From Tubulanus polymorphus (taxonomy: Eukaryota; Animalia; Nemertea), in the NCBI RefSeq assembly GCF_964204645.1, contig NC_134032.1, forward strand, positions 1,732,416-1,796,415: DNA of 64,000 nt, written 5' to 3'. Made by a program: the position numbers and the translations under genes. This document shows positions 35,803 to 50,789 of this stretch, piece by piece. The notes under the pieces were generated by a model that was not told the origin of the DNA, made no database searches, and saw nothing but the letters and a program-made list of their open reading frames with translations. Every line of letters starts with the position of its first letter. Position 1 is the first letter of the stretch.

Positions 35803-36300
35803 TGTTTCGTCAGGAACTTTATTTCTTTATATTCTAGCTAACGAAACAAGATTTATGTGCAAATTTGCACCGGACCACACTATTCATACCAGTATACCCG
35901 AACTTGCGTCGGCTCTATTCGTGACCAAGTCAGATATACGTGGAAAATAGCGCGCGTGAGGAATATTTAGAATTTATCAGTAATATATATATATATATAC
36001 TGTGGGTAAATCAGAAGAGATGAGTGGAATGAGTATTTTCGTTCGTAAATATGAATAGGAAATCCAGTCGGTAACAGGTTTAATACTTAGCAGCTAATTT
36101 GTAAGCATTATAAACCCGTAGACACTAATGGCTGACTTGTGGCACAATGTATTGTATAGTTGTAACTCTAAAGTAGTGGCCGAACATCACGTTTGCATAT
36201 AGGTCACATATGATGACGATTGATAAAACACTATATCCGCGTTGAAGCGATGTAGAGAGAATCCTACAATAATAACGAAAAACAGCCAGAAAATGTTACT

Positions 36301-36711
36301 TTGAGCTAGTGTAGTTTTTTCAACGTTTCGACTATATCCTAATAGTCATCTTCAGGAATACTGTATTCCTTGAGCTAGTGTAGTTTATTCAACGTTTCCA
36401 CTTTATCCTAATAGTCATCTTCAGGAATACTGTATTCCTTGAGCTAGTGTAGTTTATTCAACGTCTCGACTGTATCCTAATAGTCATCTTCAGGAATACT
36501 GTATTCCTTGAGCTAGTGTAGTTTATTCAACGTTTCGACTATATCCTAATAGTCATCTTCAGGAATACTGTATTCCTTGAGCTAGTGTAGTTTATTCAAC
36601 GTTTCGACTATATCCTAATAGTCATCTTCAGGAATACTGTATTCCTTGAGCTAGTGTAGTTTATTCAACATTTCGACTATAACCTAATACATGTAGTCAT
36701 CTTCACAGGAA
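36301..36711 (-). ncRNA. 69-bp tandem array (6 units) of minimal type-I hammerhead ribozyme motifs, Penelope-type
   Basis: Minus-strand unit reads TATTC-CTGAAGA-T-GACTAT(TAGGAT)ATAGTC-GAAA-CGTT-GAATA: catalytic core, stem II, palindromic stem III and stem I all pair. Confidence 0.8.
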
Positions 36712-37157
36712 GAGCTCACATATGGTTTTAATATGTACTTTAGCGGTGACATTGTGAATTATGCACAAGGTTCACGAAACCTTTATTGGAGAATAATTCA
36801 TTGACAGTCGACCGTTCACCTTTAGATAGGATAATGAAATGAATAGTTTTTATGAAAGAGTCTTTTCGACATATCGTTATTAAGCGACGCTGCCGGAAAA
36901 ATGCCAGAGCTATCAAACGGTACCGCATTAGAAGTGGATCCAGGAACGATATAAATCGTAAGCGACGTGCATTCAAAAGCACACACGAACAGTCAGTTCT
37001 AACAGTTTATTTGCTCCTTTGATATATAACGGGCAAGCTAGAACCTAAGGTAGAACCCAGGTAAGTGTATATGTCTCAAATTTTCAAAACAAAAAAATTC
37101 TTAAGTTGAGGAGCCAGTTGTAGGATGAAGTTTAACGAGACAATTTATTTAATAATG

Positions 37158-37225
37158 AGCCTAGTAGGAGTCGAACTTGTTACCTCCAGCGTGCTAGCCG
37201 AGCATGCTCACCACTACACCAAAGA
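37158..37225 (-). mobile_element. tRNA-derived (Ala-AGC-like) SINE head
   Basis: Minus strand TGGTGTAGTGG A box, AGTTCGACTCC B box and an AGC anticodon-like loop; acceptor stem does not pair. Confidence 0.55.
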
Positions 37226-38232
37226 TCGATGGTGACGAAACGAGTTTGTAGGTCTGTCTGGCCAGTTTGGTGACCATTAATGTGTAGCGACCAGTCACAT
37301 GTTGTAGACACTGGTCGCCGATGAAACTCCCTTATCCCTAACTAATTCAATAATTATAAGAATATTCATCTTGCCTATTACCAGAAATCTCAGATACATA
37401 AGTAACGAAAGCTCGTTCATTAAATAGACGGTCACACCTGAATTACTATCCATCTCTTTTCACATCTTCAAAAAGGTACATTTTTAGAATAAAATCGAAC
37501 TCGTCACCAATTAGGTTTATACTGCACTTGTTGCATAGACGTTCGTCTATTGCATTGGTATGTTATGGAAACGGCCGTTTTCAATAGGTAGTTAATGGTT
37601 TGAGCGTTGCAATTGAAATAGCTTTAAAACATCATTCATGGAGAACTTAAACCTATAGATGTCATGGCGCCAGTAAGATTTCATAAAATGATATTATTAC
37701 ACTAGATGTATCTTTAATATACGAATGCCATTTCTGGATGATAGTTGGTCCTGGTGCCTCGGTTTTAACCACAACGCGACTTGTTTAGGTTTGAAAGTTT
37801 TATAAACCAAATGTGTCCCAGGACGCAGTCATCTTAGATTTTTAAGATAGAAAACCCACTATCTACAGATTAAAAGAATTTAAAAACAAGAATTTATTTA
37901 TTCAATCTAAACGTTCGAAACGATCGAAACGTCGTGTATTCTATATATTTAAGATTGAATAAATAAATTCTTGTTTTTAATTTCTTTGTAGATAATGCGT
38001 TTTTATCTTATTATCCGTTCACCACGTTTGAGTGTGGTTATCGTTCTATCTTAGATTTTTGTCGACACAATAGAAGCCGTTTCGTGTTCCTGTTGTGAGT
38101 AAAAAGGTCGTACAGAATCCTATATATTGTACTATTCAAGTGTGATAGAGCAAATGACCCAGATTTCCCTATACGACCTCGAGTGGCTTCGGTCCTATTC
38201 AATACGCCGCCATCACTCTCATTCCAGACGCT

Positions 38233-40162
<1,930 letters not shown>

Positions 40163-40573
40163 ATCATCATAGCGAGCATTAGATTGCAAACGATTTCAAC
40201 TAATAACGATAAATACTCGGTTTCTTTTATTCAAGTTTCGTTGAATTCGAAATTCCTGATATAACATAATCTAATTTAGTTTCTATTGAATCCGCGATAA
40301 AACATTTCACAAAATCTGAACGTATTTTATTGGATTTCTGAGAATAGATTAATTTAATTTTTCTGGTCGACAATACTTTGTTGGGAGGTCAGATAATTTC
40401 ATCTCTAACAAATGGTGAATGGCTGCATACGGCTCTTTTGTTACAAATCTAACGTGGTTATCATTCGCGTTATTGTTCGCGCGCTATTTGTTACGCACCA
40501 GCCACACCTTGCAATCAATCTGCATTTCCTCGACTAGTGCACGAAATGCGAAGAGCTAAATTCAGTTAGCGTC

Positions 40574-41524
40574 ATGAATTTTTCTCGGACGCAAATCGCT
40601 AGACCCGGTAGTAGTTATATCGTTCTCATGTCCGTGGCGAACAGGTCCGGAATCTACCGAACTGTGTCGCTAGTCTTTCTACCCGTCGTGTTTTTGTTTG
40701 GCGCGTTCGGAAATTCGGCTACTTTCCTGATAATGATCAGTCGCAGATTCCGCAGTTTTTCTTACGCTAACTATCTGATCGCTTTGTCTATCAGTGACTT
40801 TTCGATTACCCTTAGTTTTACGCTGATGCCCGTTTTGCAGTTGTTTCTCTTGCGCATAAACGCCCGTCCGATATTCCTAATAAATTCCCTGATCACTTGC
40901 CAAGTCTACGAATTTCTGATGGCTTCAATGGGCGCGAGCAGTTCCTGGTTGATAGTAGCGATATCTCTAGAACGCGCGGCGGTTGTTCTCTTCCCGTTCA
41001 CGTCTCGTTTGATATGTACACCGAGATTCGCCCGCTGCGTCATTGCCGCTATTCTCGTAATCAATGCGCTGATAATCGGTATTCCTATCGTAGTAATCTT
41101 GCGTTTTTCTGACCAGTCGTTCGGATGTTACCAGGTACGATTTGATAGATTCGTACTTTATGTTGTAATAATCGTCCACGGTGTTGTTTTGCCTTTAACA
41201 ACGATCATTACATCGAATTCTCTGATAATAATTCAGTTGTTCAGAGGTTCAAAAATGGTTTCGTCCGATCAGAAAACTACGAAATCAAAACGTACGACAA
41301 TAATGCTGGTAACAGTTTCACTCGCATTTGCCATTTGTACCCTTCCCATTTCTATCAACTCATTTTTACCGATGCCCGCCGAAAAAAAGAAATTCCTCGT
41401 GGATATTTTCTCTCAAATCCAATTGTGTAATTACGTCATAAACTTTTACATATATCTTTTACTGGGACGAGAAATTCGTGAATATTTCTGCGCGAAAATC
41501 CGCTGCAGGAATTCGGAGAAATAA
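40574..41524 (+). CDS. Intronless class A GPCR, family A gene F (316 aa)
   Basis: Same family motifs. Confidence 0.92.
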   Translation: MNFSRTQIARPGSSYIVLMSVANRSGIYRTVSLVFLPVVFLFGAFGNSATFLIMISRRFRSFSYANYLIALSISDFSITLSFTLMPVLQLFLLRINARPIFLINSLITCQVYEFLMASMGASSSWLIVAISLERAAVVLFPFTSRLICTPRFARCVIAAILVINALIIGIPIVVILRFSDQSFGCYQVRFDRFVLYVVIIVHGVVLPLTTIITSNSLIIIQLFRGSKMVSSDQKTTKSKRTTIMLVTVSLAFAICTLPISINSFLPMPAEKKKFLVDIFSQIQLCNYVINFYIYLLLGREIREYFCAKIRCRNSEK

Positions 41525-42483
41525 CCATCGATTTCAAGTTGCGTTTCTATAACTGATTACCCTGGTATCTCCGGAACCTTGAAACTGCTTAAAACTATAC
41601 CATAGATTGGGGTAGGGGATTCGTCTATTACAATCCAATATAACTTGCATGAACAAGGCATACTACGTACATCAAATTGTGTTGCATTTCCATGAATTGA
41701 TTTTAGCTTCGTGGTCAACAATAGATTGCGAATTGGAATATAAACATCTCTAACGAATGAGGAATAGCAATTTGATCAAAGTTGATGACACTCTTTACTC
41801 GATGACACATAACACACTCGTATCCATTTTCTATAATTATTATCACTGCTCGTTTTTTTGCGAAAATCGCTGCTGATTTCTGATCATCCAGTGCAAAATA
41901 CCGTCTTCAAATCAATGTCTGTCGCAGTCACAAACACGGATTCTTTTGCGTATTTTTTATTCGCACCGGTGTACAAAACAAAGCAAAAGGGAGCGACCGA
42001 ATCTTGAAAGGATCTATCTCAGAATCGATTCTCAGAACATCGATTAAACGTTTCTTGAAGAAGAACTATCGTGGGTTAAGCTTAAGAGTAACTTCAACGC
42101 GAATCCTGCTCGCAACGTCGGCGAACAATAGGCGCCTGAGTTTGGGTCCCTCATGATCAGGTAATCCGCGGGTGGATTGTCAAGCGGCGTTTCAAAGCGA
42201 TTTCAACAATATTTTTTTCTGATGTCCCAGAACCCAGTTCCACGATATTTTTGTTTCATATTGTTTCATATAACACAGGCCTCGCAGCGCGTTATGTCAC
42301 GCGACCAAATATGGCCACAGAAACCCACACGTCAGTTCGAATCGACGCGTTAAAAGCATTTATCGCGTATAAGCTCTTTCTGAGTATTAAATCCAAATAT
42401 AACTCCAGGAAACGACGGACGTGTAATACCACCAGCGGGAGCGCAGTAGGTGTTGTTTTTACTGAGGCCAGTAGTTTTATGCC

Positions 42484-45400
42484 ATGGCGTCCGAGGCTTC
42501 AGCGGATAACGGCACAGGGCCTAACCCGACTAATTCGATGGTAAGTAAAGCATTCGTTTCAAATGAAAATTTACCTGTTAAATTTAGGCTATAGCATGTA
42601 TGGATGGTGAGGATTAACTTGCTTTTCATGTTTAAATACAGTACTCTTTGATACGATAGAATTTTGACACCGAATCACTTCGTTTCACCGGTCATTTTCA
42701 CCGACAGAAGTCCAACTGCTTCAACCGGTTGTCGGTTTAATTTCACTTAAAAATCGGTTCTTTTTCAATTCAATTTTTTTTTCAATCCCTCGTGAAATTT
42801 CACGAAGAACTGTGGCATTGGATCGGTATGATCTTGTATATTTCGAATATAGAAATACGATTTTGATTGGAGCAAATATCTGTATAATCTGGGCTCTGTA
42901 GTGTCATCCGATATCGAGTTGGTGGTTGACGAGTCATTTGTCTCGTCAATTCAGGGTTTATGGGTTCGAGTCCTGGTGGCGACAGAGTTTCTTGGTCGAA
43001 GGTTTTCGTTGGTCTCTCCCCCATTGGGAAAAAGAAACATCGAACCCGCCTATAATGCCCTGCGTGGCGTTTAGCGGGTTAAAAGGGTATTAAAAAAATC
43101 TCATGTGGAGATCGTCTCGGTTTAATCAAGAATATTTATCTCTTTTTGACCCACTAAAAATGTTTGAATCGAGCTCGACGGAGCACTCCCACTTCCGTGC
43201 TCGGTGATAGAGGGCATTCGTCACATAGAGGGTACTGTTGTTGTTGCTGCAGAAAACCCGTTATCGCCGTGTTGGCGTTATGTAAACCATTTGAATTACC
43301 TTTCTATTCTAGATCATAAACTCGATTCGCGTTACTTGCGGAACTGCGCTGATGTTCGGTATTGTTTTGGTAGTTCTGGCTGAAATCGTGATCTTGAAGA
43401 GTTTCTACAAGAAGCAAAAACCTTCGAACAACGTATCCTTGTTCGGTAAGCGAAAGTATAGGAAAGCGCGTCTAAGGACACCGACTGTAAAGACTGGGGT
43501 ATGATTTCCTGCCACCAGGGTATACCGGACTTGGCATATTTCTCATAAACGGTACATCTATAAATATGGCATCGGTCTATGGAATTGGGTCCTGGTCTAA
43601 GAAAACATCTGTATGTATAAAGGGCAGGGTTTATGGGAATATGCCCAGTAACTTAGGCAAAAATGACATTTGACTTAAACACACCTAAATGTTTAATTCG
43701 TGCTTTCACAAGTTCGAACGATATAACTGAACTGCGGCTAACAGCTATAGTCTTAACCATTTTCATTCTAATTGCTATTCGTACGAATTCATTAACAAGT
43801 AACTATCGCAGTTAACGCCCTGAAAGTACACTTAAATTCCTGATAGATCCTTAGCAACTATTTCATGTTGATCATATTCCGACGTAATTTTGAAACGCAA
43901 GTTTCAGCTTTGTTCGTCTAATTATTCGAAGGTCCATATTATCTGCCTCGGTAAAAACAGTTTAAGGCGTACGTTGAGGTTTTTCAGGAACCTATCCCAG
44001 GGGTCGTTCATTCACATCCGCGTACCCTTTCACGTTTCCGATCTGATCGGCATTTTTTGTAAAATATTTCACAATCACGTCGTTCTTCTTCATACCTCAA
44101 TGACTTCGCGCTTTTCACTACCTTGGGGTGCAACTCTTAAATAGTATCTGAACATTGATTTGCACTCCCAATTGTTATCAGGAATTTGAAAACGGCATGG
44201 AAAGAGTATTTAAAAGCCTAAATTTTAGCGAAATTAATCCGAGTCAAGTAAGTTTACGATAGGGTTTCTTTTTGTGCTGAGTGTCGAGGGAAACCTGGCA
44301 CAACTGTGAAAATATCCCGATTTACAAACGCAAACAACAGAATTAGAAAAGTTTATTACGATATGTAAAAGTATAATTAAAGATATAATTACAGCTGTTA
44401 CATATGACATCTGTGCCGAGACCGATGTGGTCGCGCTGCCGCCTGCCTGGAAAGAGAGCGAGTCTCACTCGCCGTCGCCTTATATACCGGGCTGACAATA
44501 GAAATCGATCGACCGTGCATTCTGTTCATGACAATGAGAAACCATGTATATTTTATTTGTTCCGATAATTTCAGATGCACTTTTCGTCAGTACTCAGTTG
44601 GCCGTACTGCTGAAGACGCTGAGTCGTGTATCTACCGTCGTACGCTCGTTCAGCTACGATGTGCAAATTCCTTGTTCGATGACTTCATCGGTATCGAATC
44701 TACTCAACTTCGCGATCGCGATGAACGCGTTGACGTTAGGAGTCGACAGGTAGGCATATTGATAATAACTGTTTTGTTAAATATAGCCGCAAAGCAGCGA
44801 TAACGTATTTACAGCTGCCACGCTTCTTACACGTATAACCGGTAATACTGGTCTATATTTGATTTTAGAAATAAATAGATCAGTTTTCTTTTTAACGACT
44901 GCCGACCTCAATAACTTGAATATCAGATAATATATAATCAAAACAAAAGACAAGCATATTCCGTAAAAAAAAATTCGGGACTCGAAACCCCGACCTGTTT
45001 ACTGCTCATTTCACGCTCTAGACACTAAATAACATTACTGATGTGCAACGTACCGGAATGTACAGGGGTGGAACCAAATTTTAAGCGAAGGGGTAAAGGG
45101 TAGTTTTTTCCCAGATAATCTTTCAACATTTCAATGAAAAATGCATTCATAAAAATGCCTGCATTACCTACAGTAATTTCTGGCCCACGTTGAAACAGAA
45201 ATCGATACTGATTAGATTAGATTAGTTAGATTCACCGTTAATATGATTGACATAATTATCGGTAAATATTCGAACACGCAGCAGGGGGTGGTTCGAGATC
45301 CCCTGCAACCCTCCTTGGACCCACCCCTAATGATGAACTGGCTATCCATGTAGAAATAGACGACTGTTAGACTTATCTCGTGGTTCTCACCAATAAAGGG

Positions 45401-48400
45401 CTGGCGATTTGAAACACAAGTTCCTCAGAAAAAATCTATACGAACTATCAGGGGCTGTTTCCATAGTCGAGACCTGACCAAAAGTGGTCTTAAATCTTAA
45501 GACTGGTCTTAAGTTGTTAGATTGGCTATAGAACTATGTTGGTATTAGACTGGTCTTAAGTCTAAGCCCTGTCTATGGAACCGGCCCCTGTTGATAACCA
45601 GTCATTCGCTGATGACGCCTATCCACGTAGTTGATACCTTCGTTGCAAAATAAAGCAAAAATGATTTCCTGTATTGACGATTAAACCGAAATGAAGGTGA
45701 AACATCTTTGCCATATTTTTTTAGATTTTTTTCATTTTCGATATGGATACCTAAAATTCGGTGCCATACGAAAGATCGTCAGGTGGTGAGTGATGAGAAT
45801 AAACAAGTAGCCACCAGCAAAATGGGCTGAGATAGCAATATATAGGTTTGCAATATGCAAATAGATTTAGATCGTTTTGATTTCGATCGAAATAGACAGT
45901 AATGGTCACTAAGTCAGAGGGCTGAACCATGTAACACGTTACTGCCGCTTGCTGCAGGTAGCCCTTAGTTACTCTACCAGACGTTTGCAGGTGAAAACAA
46001 CATTCTATAAGTGCTAATTCGCTCAACGTATAAATAGATTTACGCGTTAGAGAACGGATATATTCATTTTTCGAAACCCACCAAGTAGATTTTCGCTGAA
46101 TTAGAAGTAGCGTGTATTCTCGTGGAATCGAATCCGGGGTTCATTTGTCCGAAATTAGTTTCTTTATTCATAGACATTGAACACATTCCATAGCGAAAAT
46201 GCAGTTTCAATTTTCACTATATTGTCATTCATTCAACGGTTTACTTTAACAATCTGTGTTTATTTGGGATTCGAACCCGTATCATCGTTATTTTTACGTA
46301 GTCGGTAGTACGAGTCAACATTCATTTTCGATTACTTTTTTTCCAGACATTTATGCCTCGTGTCGGTTGGGAAATACGCTGCTGTAACCGCCAACCCGTC
46401 AAAGCGAACTGTCTGCCTGGCGGCCATCATACCTTGGTTCGTTGCTTGTGAGTATCAAGTTATTCAACTGACTACAATTTTTCCTGCTTCCACTTTTTAA
46501 TAAGATATAGTCAACAGATAAATGAAGAAATCCCACACTTCGAATTTGAAATTATACTATCAAATTTATTATTACGAAACCACAACCTTTCGGCTGTTGA
46601 CTAACAGCCATCATCATTCCACCTGATGATGGCTGTTAGTCAACAGCCGAAACGTTGTGGTTTCGTAATAATAAATTTGATAGTATAATTTCAAATTCGA
46701 AGTGTGGGATTTCTTCATTTATCTACAGTTTACACGGATTATAGTGTTTATTCGACAACTAATAGTCAACAGAACTGGAAATGAACGAATGAACTGTCAT
46801 GAAAATCAAAATTTAGACGTCAATTTTTCTGAGTATCCGTTAAATGATGTCCTTGCATGTATAGATGAGTTCCGGAATGCGGAACGGGCAGCAAGGGATC
46901 AGAAGATCTAGGGATGGGGCGCCTGATAGGGGGCCCGAATACACCGATAACCCTAAAACTGAATGGGCCCCTCAAAAGTAACCAAAGGCTTAAATATTTC
47001 TTTGCAATAAAGGTTCGCGACATAGTTCTTCATCCTAAGCGAAAAATGTTTCTCAGAACATCTATGAATTATTAATTAAGAATTATCTTAATGAAGGAAA
47101 CTTTAAAAAAACAAACTTTTACGTGCCGTGTTCTTGTCGTTTTGATATATACTGATCATCTATTTTCTACGATAGGTATTGGTACATTATTGAACGCGTT
47201 TATACCGATAGAGATGGCCCTCGACTACTGGTCACTGGAATGCCAGCCGGTAGGTGGTGCCGAAGGCGCGCAGTTAGCCGTGAAGGTCGCGTTTCTGGTC
47301 ATCCCGCTGCTCGTAGCTTTACCGCTTTTCAAATCCATCTACGGCGCTAGAATTCTCGACTATCGCGTCGTGGCTGAACCGAAACGACAGAGGCTGCTGA
47401 AAGATCACCTCGCCGACGTCGACGTACCGGCTGAGATATCGTCCGCCCGCCGAACGCTGATAATGATGACGCCATTGACCTGCGCGATGCTGGCGTCGAC
47501 GATCTTATCCATCGTCGCCTCCTATGAGCGTCGTTCGCTGTCTTATCTAACTACAATCGGGATGATAATAGAGGTCGCTGCATTCTCCGGGGTATACACC
47601 ACGGTAGCTATAATGCGCAGCTACGCGCGTTGGAAATGCACGCGCTCGCGTTGGCTGAAGTCTAGCAAGGTGACGCCCTGCGATTTCGCCTTCACGCGAG
47701 ACGGTTCCCCGTTCCCGGCCGTGTTAGAACCGAGAGAGAAGGCGTCCGACTGCCAGTCTGATGACTGCGAATTCGGGATGGATACCCCAGATGAAGTAGG
47801 TGACGCATCGGCGGACGCGTGCGAGACGTGCGGCTGCGCGAACGCCGGCCGCTGTGGTTCGCAGACACGGCGCGTCGTCGTCGATATACTCGATGCAGAA
47901 ATCGCGACCAAATCAACTCAAACTGCGTCGATCCAGCATCAGAAACTCTCTATTCACGACTTTCTATCCAGTTCCGGAGAGAGTTTCACAAACCACGACG
48001 GGATCTACTTACGGCAGGATTCATGTTCGTCCGCGGTTAGAACTAACAGCGTTGATATTCGTTGTACCGTGCGTCGAAATCGTCGAGTCAGCCTCTTGCG
48101 ATACTCGTCCGTGGACAGCATCGGCCACAGAAATATCGTCGGCAATGACGCGTGCAGTCACAAGTTGCATCTCAGCCAGTCTTTGCAGAAAGGCAGCGGC
48201 CTCTTGAGCTCGATGTCGAGTAATCAGGACAGTCCCGATAGCTGTTCGTGTTCCCTGAACAAACCGTTCGGCTTGAAAGAAATCTCCAACGGAATCAGGC
48301 TGATCAGCAACGGCCAACTGCCGAAAGAAGTTCTACTCGATTGCTGGTGCGGCGGTAGCCTCGCAACCGTGACGCGGAAACTATCGCAGCCGGCGCCCAA

Positions 48401-48509
48401 TAATAATCATACGCGCATGCGTCGTGCTTGCAGCCAAACGGTAGTTCCGGTCGTGGATTCAACGTTGAAAGATTCGAGAAAATCCGCTTCGATAGTTGGA
48501 CCCAAATAG
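42484..48509 (+). CDS. Five-exon divergent orphan class A-like GPCR (~600 aa) with a long Cys/Ser-rich C-tail
   Basis: GCCATGG start. Exons 42484-42540, 43313-43445, 44575-44749, 46347-46447, 47176-48509 have matching phases. NGT sequon, Cys before TM3, LTLGVDRH (DRY variant), TM4 Trp, ECL2 Cys. Confidence 0.75.
42891..43098 (+). mobile_element. tRNA-derived SINE in intron 1
   Basis: GGGTTCGAGTCC B box at ~42962 and an A-rich 3' tail. Confidence 0.5.
45452..45587. mobile_element. MITE family 1 copy
   Basis: GGGCTGTTTCCATAG...CTATGGAACCGGCCC termini. Confidence 0.8.
46516..46725. mobile_element. Penelope-type inverted terminal remnant (~100-bp arm palindrome)
   Basis: Near-perfect inverted repeat around TTCCACC (46617-46623); contains a hammerhead motif and AATAAA. 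Confidence 0.75.
46619..46660 (+). ncRNA. Minimal type-I hammerhead ribozyme
   Basis: CCAC-CTGATGA-T-GGCTGTT(AGTC)AACAGCC-GAAA-CGTT-GTGG; predicted cleavage after 46656. Confidence 0.8.
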
Positions 48510-49899
48510 AGACCGATAGCATTCCGTACAATCTTTGGTTTTACTTTTTTTTTGTACGTATTACGTTCTATGCTATATGTTCATAGAGCTAATTAAGCTA
48601 TTACTTCGAAACTTCGAAATACAAAGACGAAATTGCCCATTTTGAATATCAAAATATCTAAACGTCTAAACTTGGCTCAGAAAATCCGTAATAAACGTTA
48701 TTGAGACAGTTGTCAGGCCGTACGGGATCCGAGATAACTTTGAAAACTATGATCTGATCTCATTAGTGAAAAGGTCTTTCGTAAGGTCCTTTGTAAACGT
48801 GGAAAGACTTTATGCGTATTTCGCTGAAACTGAGATTTAAAAGCTTCCAGTTATTTTGTACTTATGGGACGAATCTCAGCAAATAGCATGCATATTCTCA
48901 AAGACACTCAATATCTTGGACCTACGAAAGAATTTTCACGTAATGGTCATGGCCGCATTTTGTACATTGGCAGAGACGCGCCGCTTCAAATCCCTAGGTT
49001 TGGGTCGGGGTATCGCGCCCTCGGTTCCCAGTTCTCGTCATAGAATGACGAAGGGTACTATCATGATGAGGGTAGATGTATTACGCAATCGGGTTGTTGT
49101 CGCTGCGGGGTTGTAATACACGTCGAGAATTATTGCATCGCTCAAGTTTTACGTCTCAAATCAATCCATCCGACTCTAGTAACTTCTCTTATCTCTAAGT
49201 CCATCAACTGTTCAACGAAGCAGCGCGATTTCTCTTGTCGTCTGTCTGATTTCATGTCGATCTTTGTAACTAGTAAACTTTCTGTTGCTTATGTTCCCGT
49301 GAGTGATTTTGTAATTTTCTAATATCAAAAAAAAATTCTAAAAACCCTTGATACTTCTCAAGGTATTTCTACGTCAAACTGAATGTGATCGTGTCGCGAT
49401 CGTAGTCAATGTTGTCACGAACGTATTTTCTGTACCGAAACCCGCTTGGTGTAAATAAGTATTGGATGATACTCTTCGCACGGTTCTGATAGCTAATATT
49501 TTGTGACCTCTGTTTTTTGTTGGGGAGATTTCTGTTCAAGTTGATGTCAAATACAGTCCATTATACTCTGAAATGCGTTTTTTATTTTCTGTAGGTTCAA
49601 TTTATTCTAATTTATTCTTTTTAGTTGCTTCAGTTATAAGCTGGCCATATTCTTGAGAAATGCCTTGAGAAGGCAGGGGTATCCACTGAACGAATGGAGA
49701 ACTAACTTTGTAAGGAACAGCGGCCAACCGTTAGCATGACCTAATAAGGCGGCTACTAACGATTGATAATGAAACAAGTAATTTGGATAGGTCGTGACGT
49801 CACATGGAATTCACAAGTTAGATTCATAACCAAATTAATACCATATATGAGTTTAGATGTAACTCAACCGACCTGCGAGTCGAAACCGGCCGCTGGACC

Positions 49900-50340
49900 C
49901 TACCACTCACGCCGCGGCACCGATGTATATATCTTACGAATCTGGAGTCGAAGACCAATATCGTGTATTATTGGAATGCACATTCTACGAGACCCTGAGA
50001 AACTACACGGAACATCCATCTGTTTACAAATTCATTAGTTTACTAGCTAATAGCTCACTGAAACAATATCAGAAATTAGGGTGCCTTCTTATCAAAATGT
50101 CTACACGAAGAAAGTTCCTTCTCAGGGCCCTTGAAACGTAGTTACCAGAAAACTAATCATCTCTGTATAATGTTTAACCTATAACACAATATTTTTGTCA
50201 TACTTTTATTTCGCAGTCGTCAGTAGACTGCCATCAGTAAAACTATCGTAAAATTATGTTTCCCATCAGACCAGTTTGTACAACTGTGATGAGTATTAGA
50301 TATATGTCAGTATACGGATAAAACATTTTCATTCATCGAC
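49900..50340 (+). mobile_element. 3' fragment of LINE ORF2 (CR1/L2-like C-terminus)
   Basis: VEDQYRVLLECTFYETLR...PSVYKFISLL resembles the EDExHFLLxCxxYxxLR LINE C-terminal motif. Confidence 0.6.
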
Positions 50341-50789
50341 AAATTGCATATACGCAATTCCCGGATATAGTTATTCACAGAGGTCTAATACATTCACCGC
50401 TCCACTGACCACCTATACCGAGCTATACTAAACCGGAGTGTGTCGGCTGATATCTGGTCAGACGGTGGTTGTTCGGTGGTAGGAGCGGTTCGCGTCGCTG
50501 TTAATTCGATAGGATAAACATAGGACATATTCGTGTAAGTTGAAATTATATTTGAGACCAGTTTAATTCATACATTTAGATGTCGCGTATCCATCGATAA
50601 CATTTTTAGTCAATCAATTCTTATCTACATCACGTATTGAATAGACGCTGTAAATGCTAGACATTTTTAAACGCTAGATATTTTTCCGACTAGATCTGAT
50701 TCGATTCAGCTGAAATTAATCATTGATTATCTTTCGGAGACTCGTTCCAACTTCCGTTTCTCGCATTTTTCGGTTTAGTCGCCTACCAG

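Noticed and set aside
36301-36711. CRISPR array
   Set aside because: Whole units repeat with no variable spacers; eukaryotic context.
37158-37225. Functional tRNA-Ala gene
   Set aside because: Acceptor and T stems do not pair properly; better explained as a SINE head.
47091-47175. Start of a standalone 472-aa protein
   Set aside because: Lies in intron 4; the acceptor at 47174-47175 joins the upstream exons in phase.
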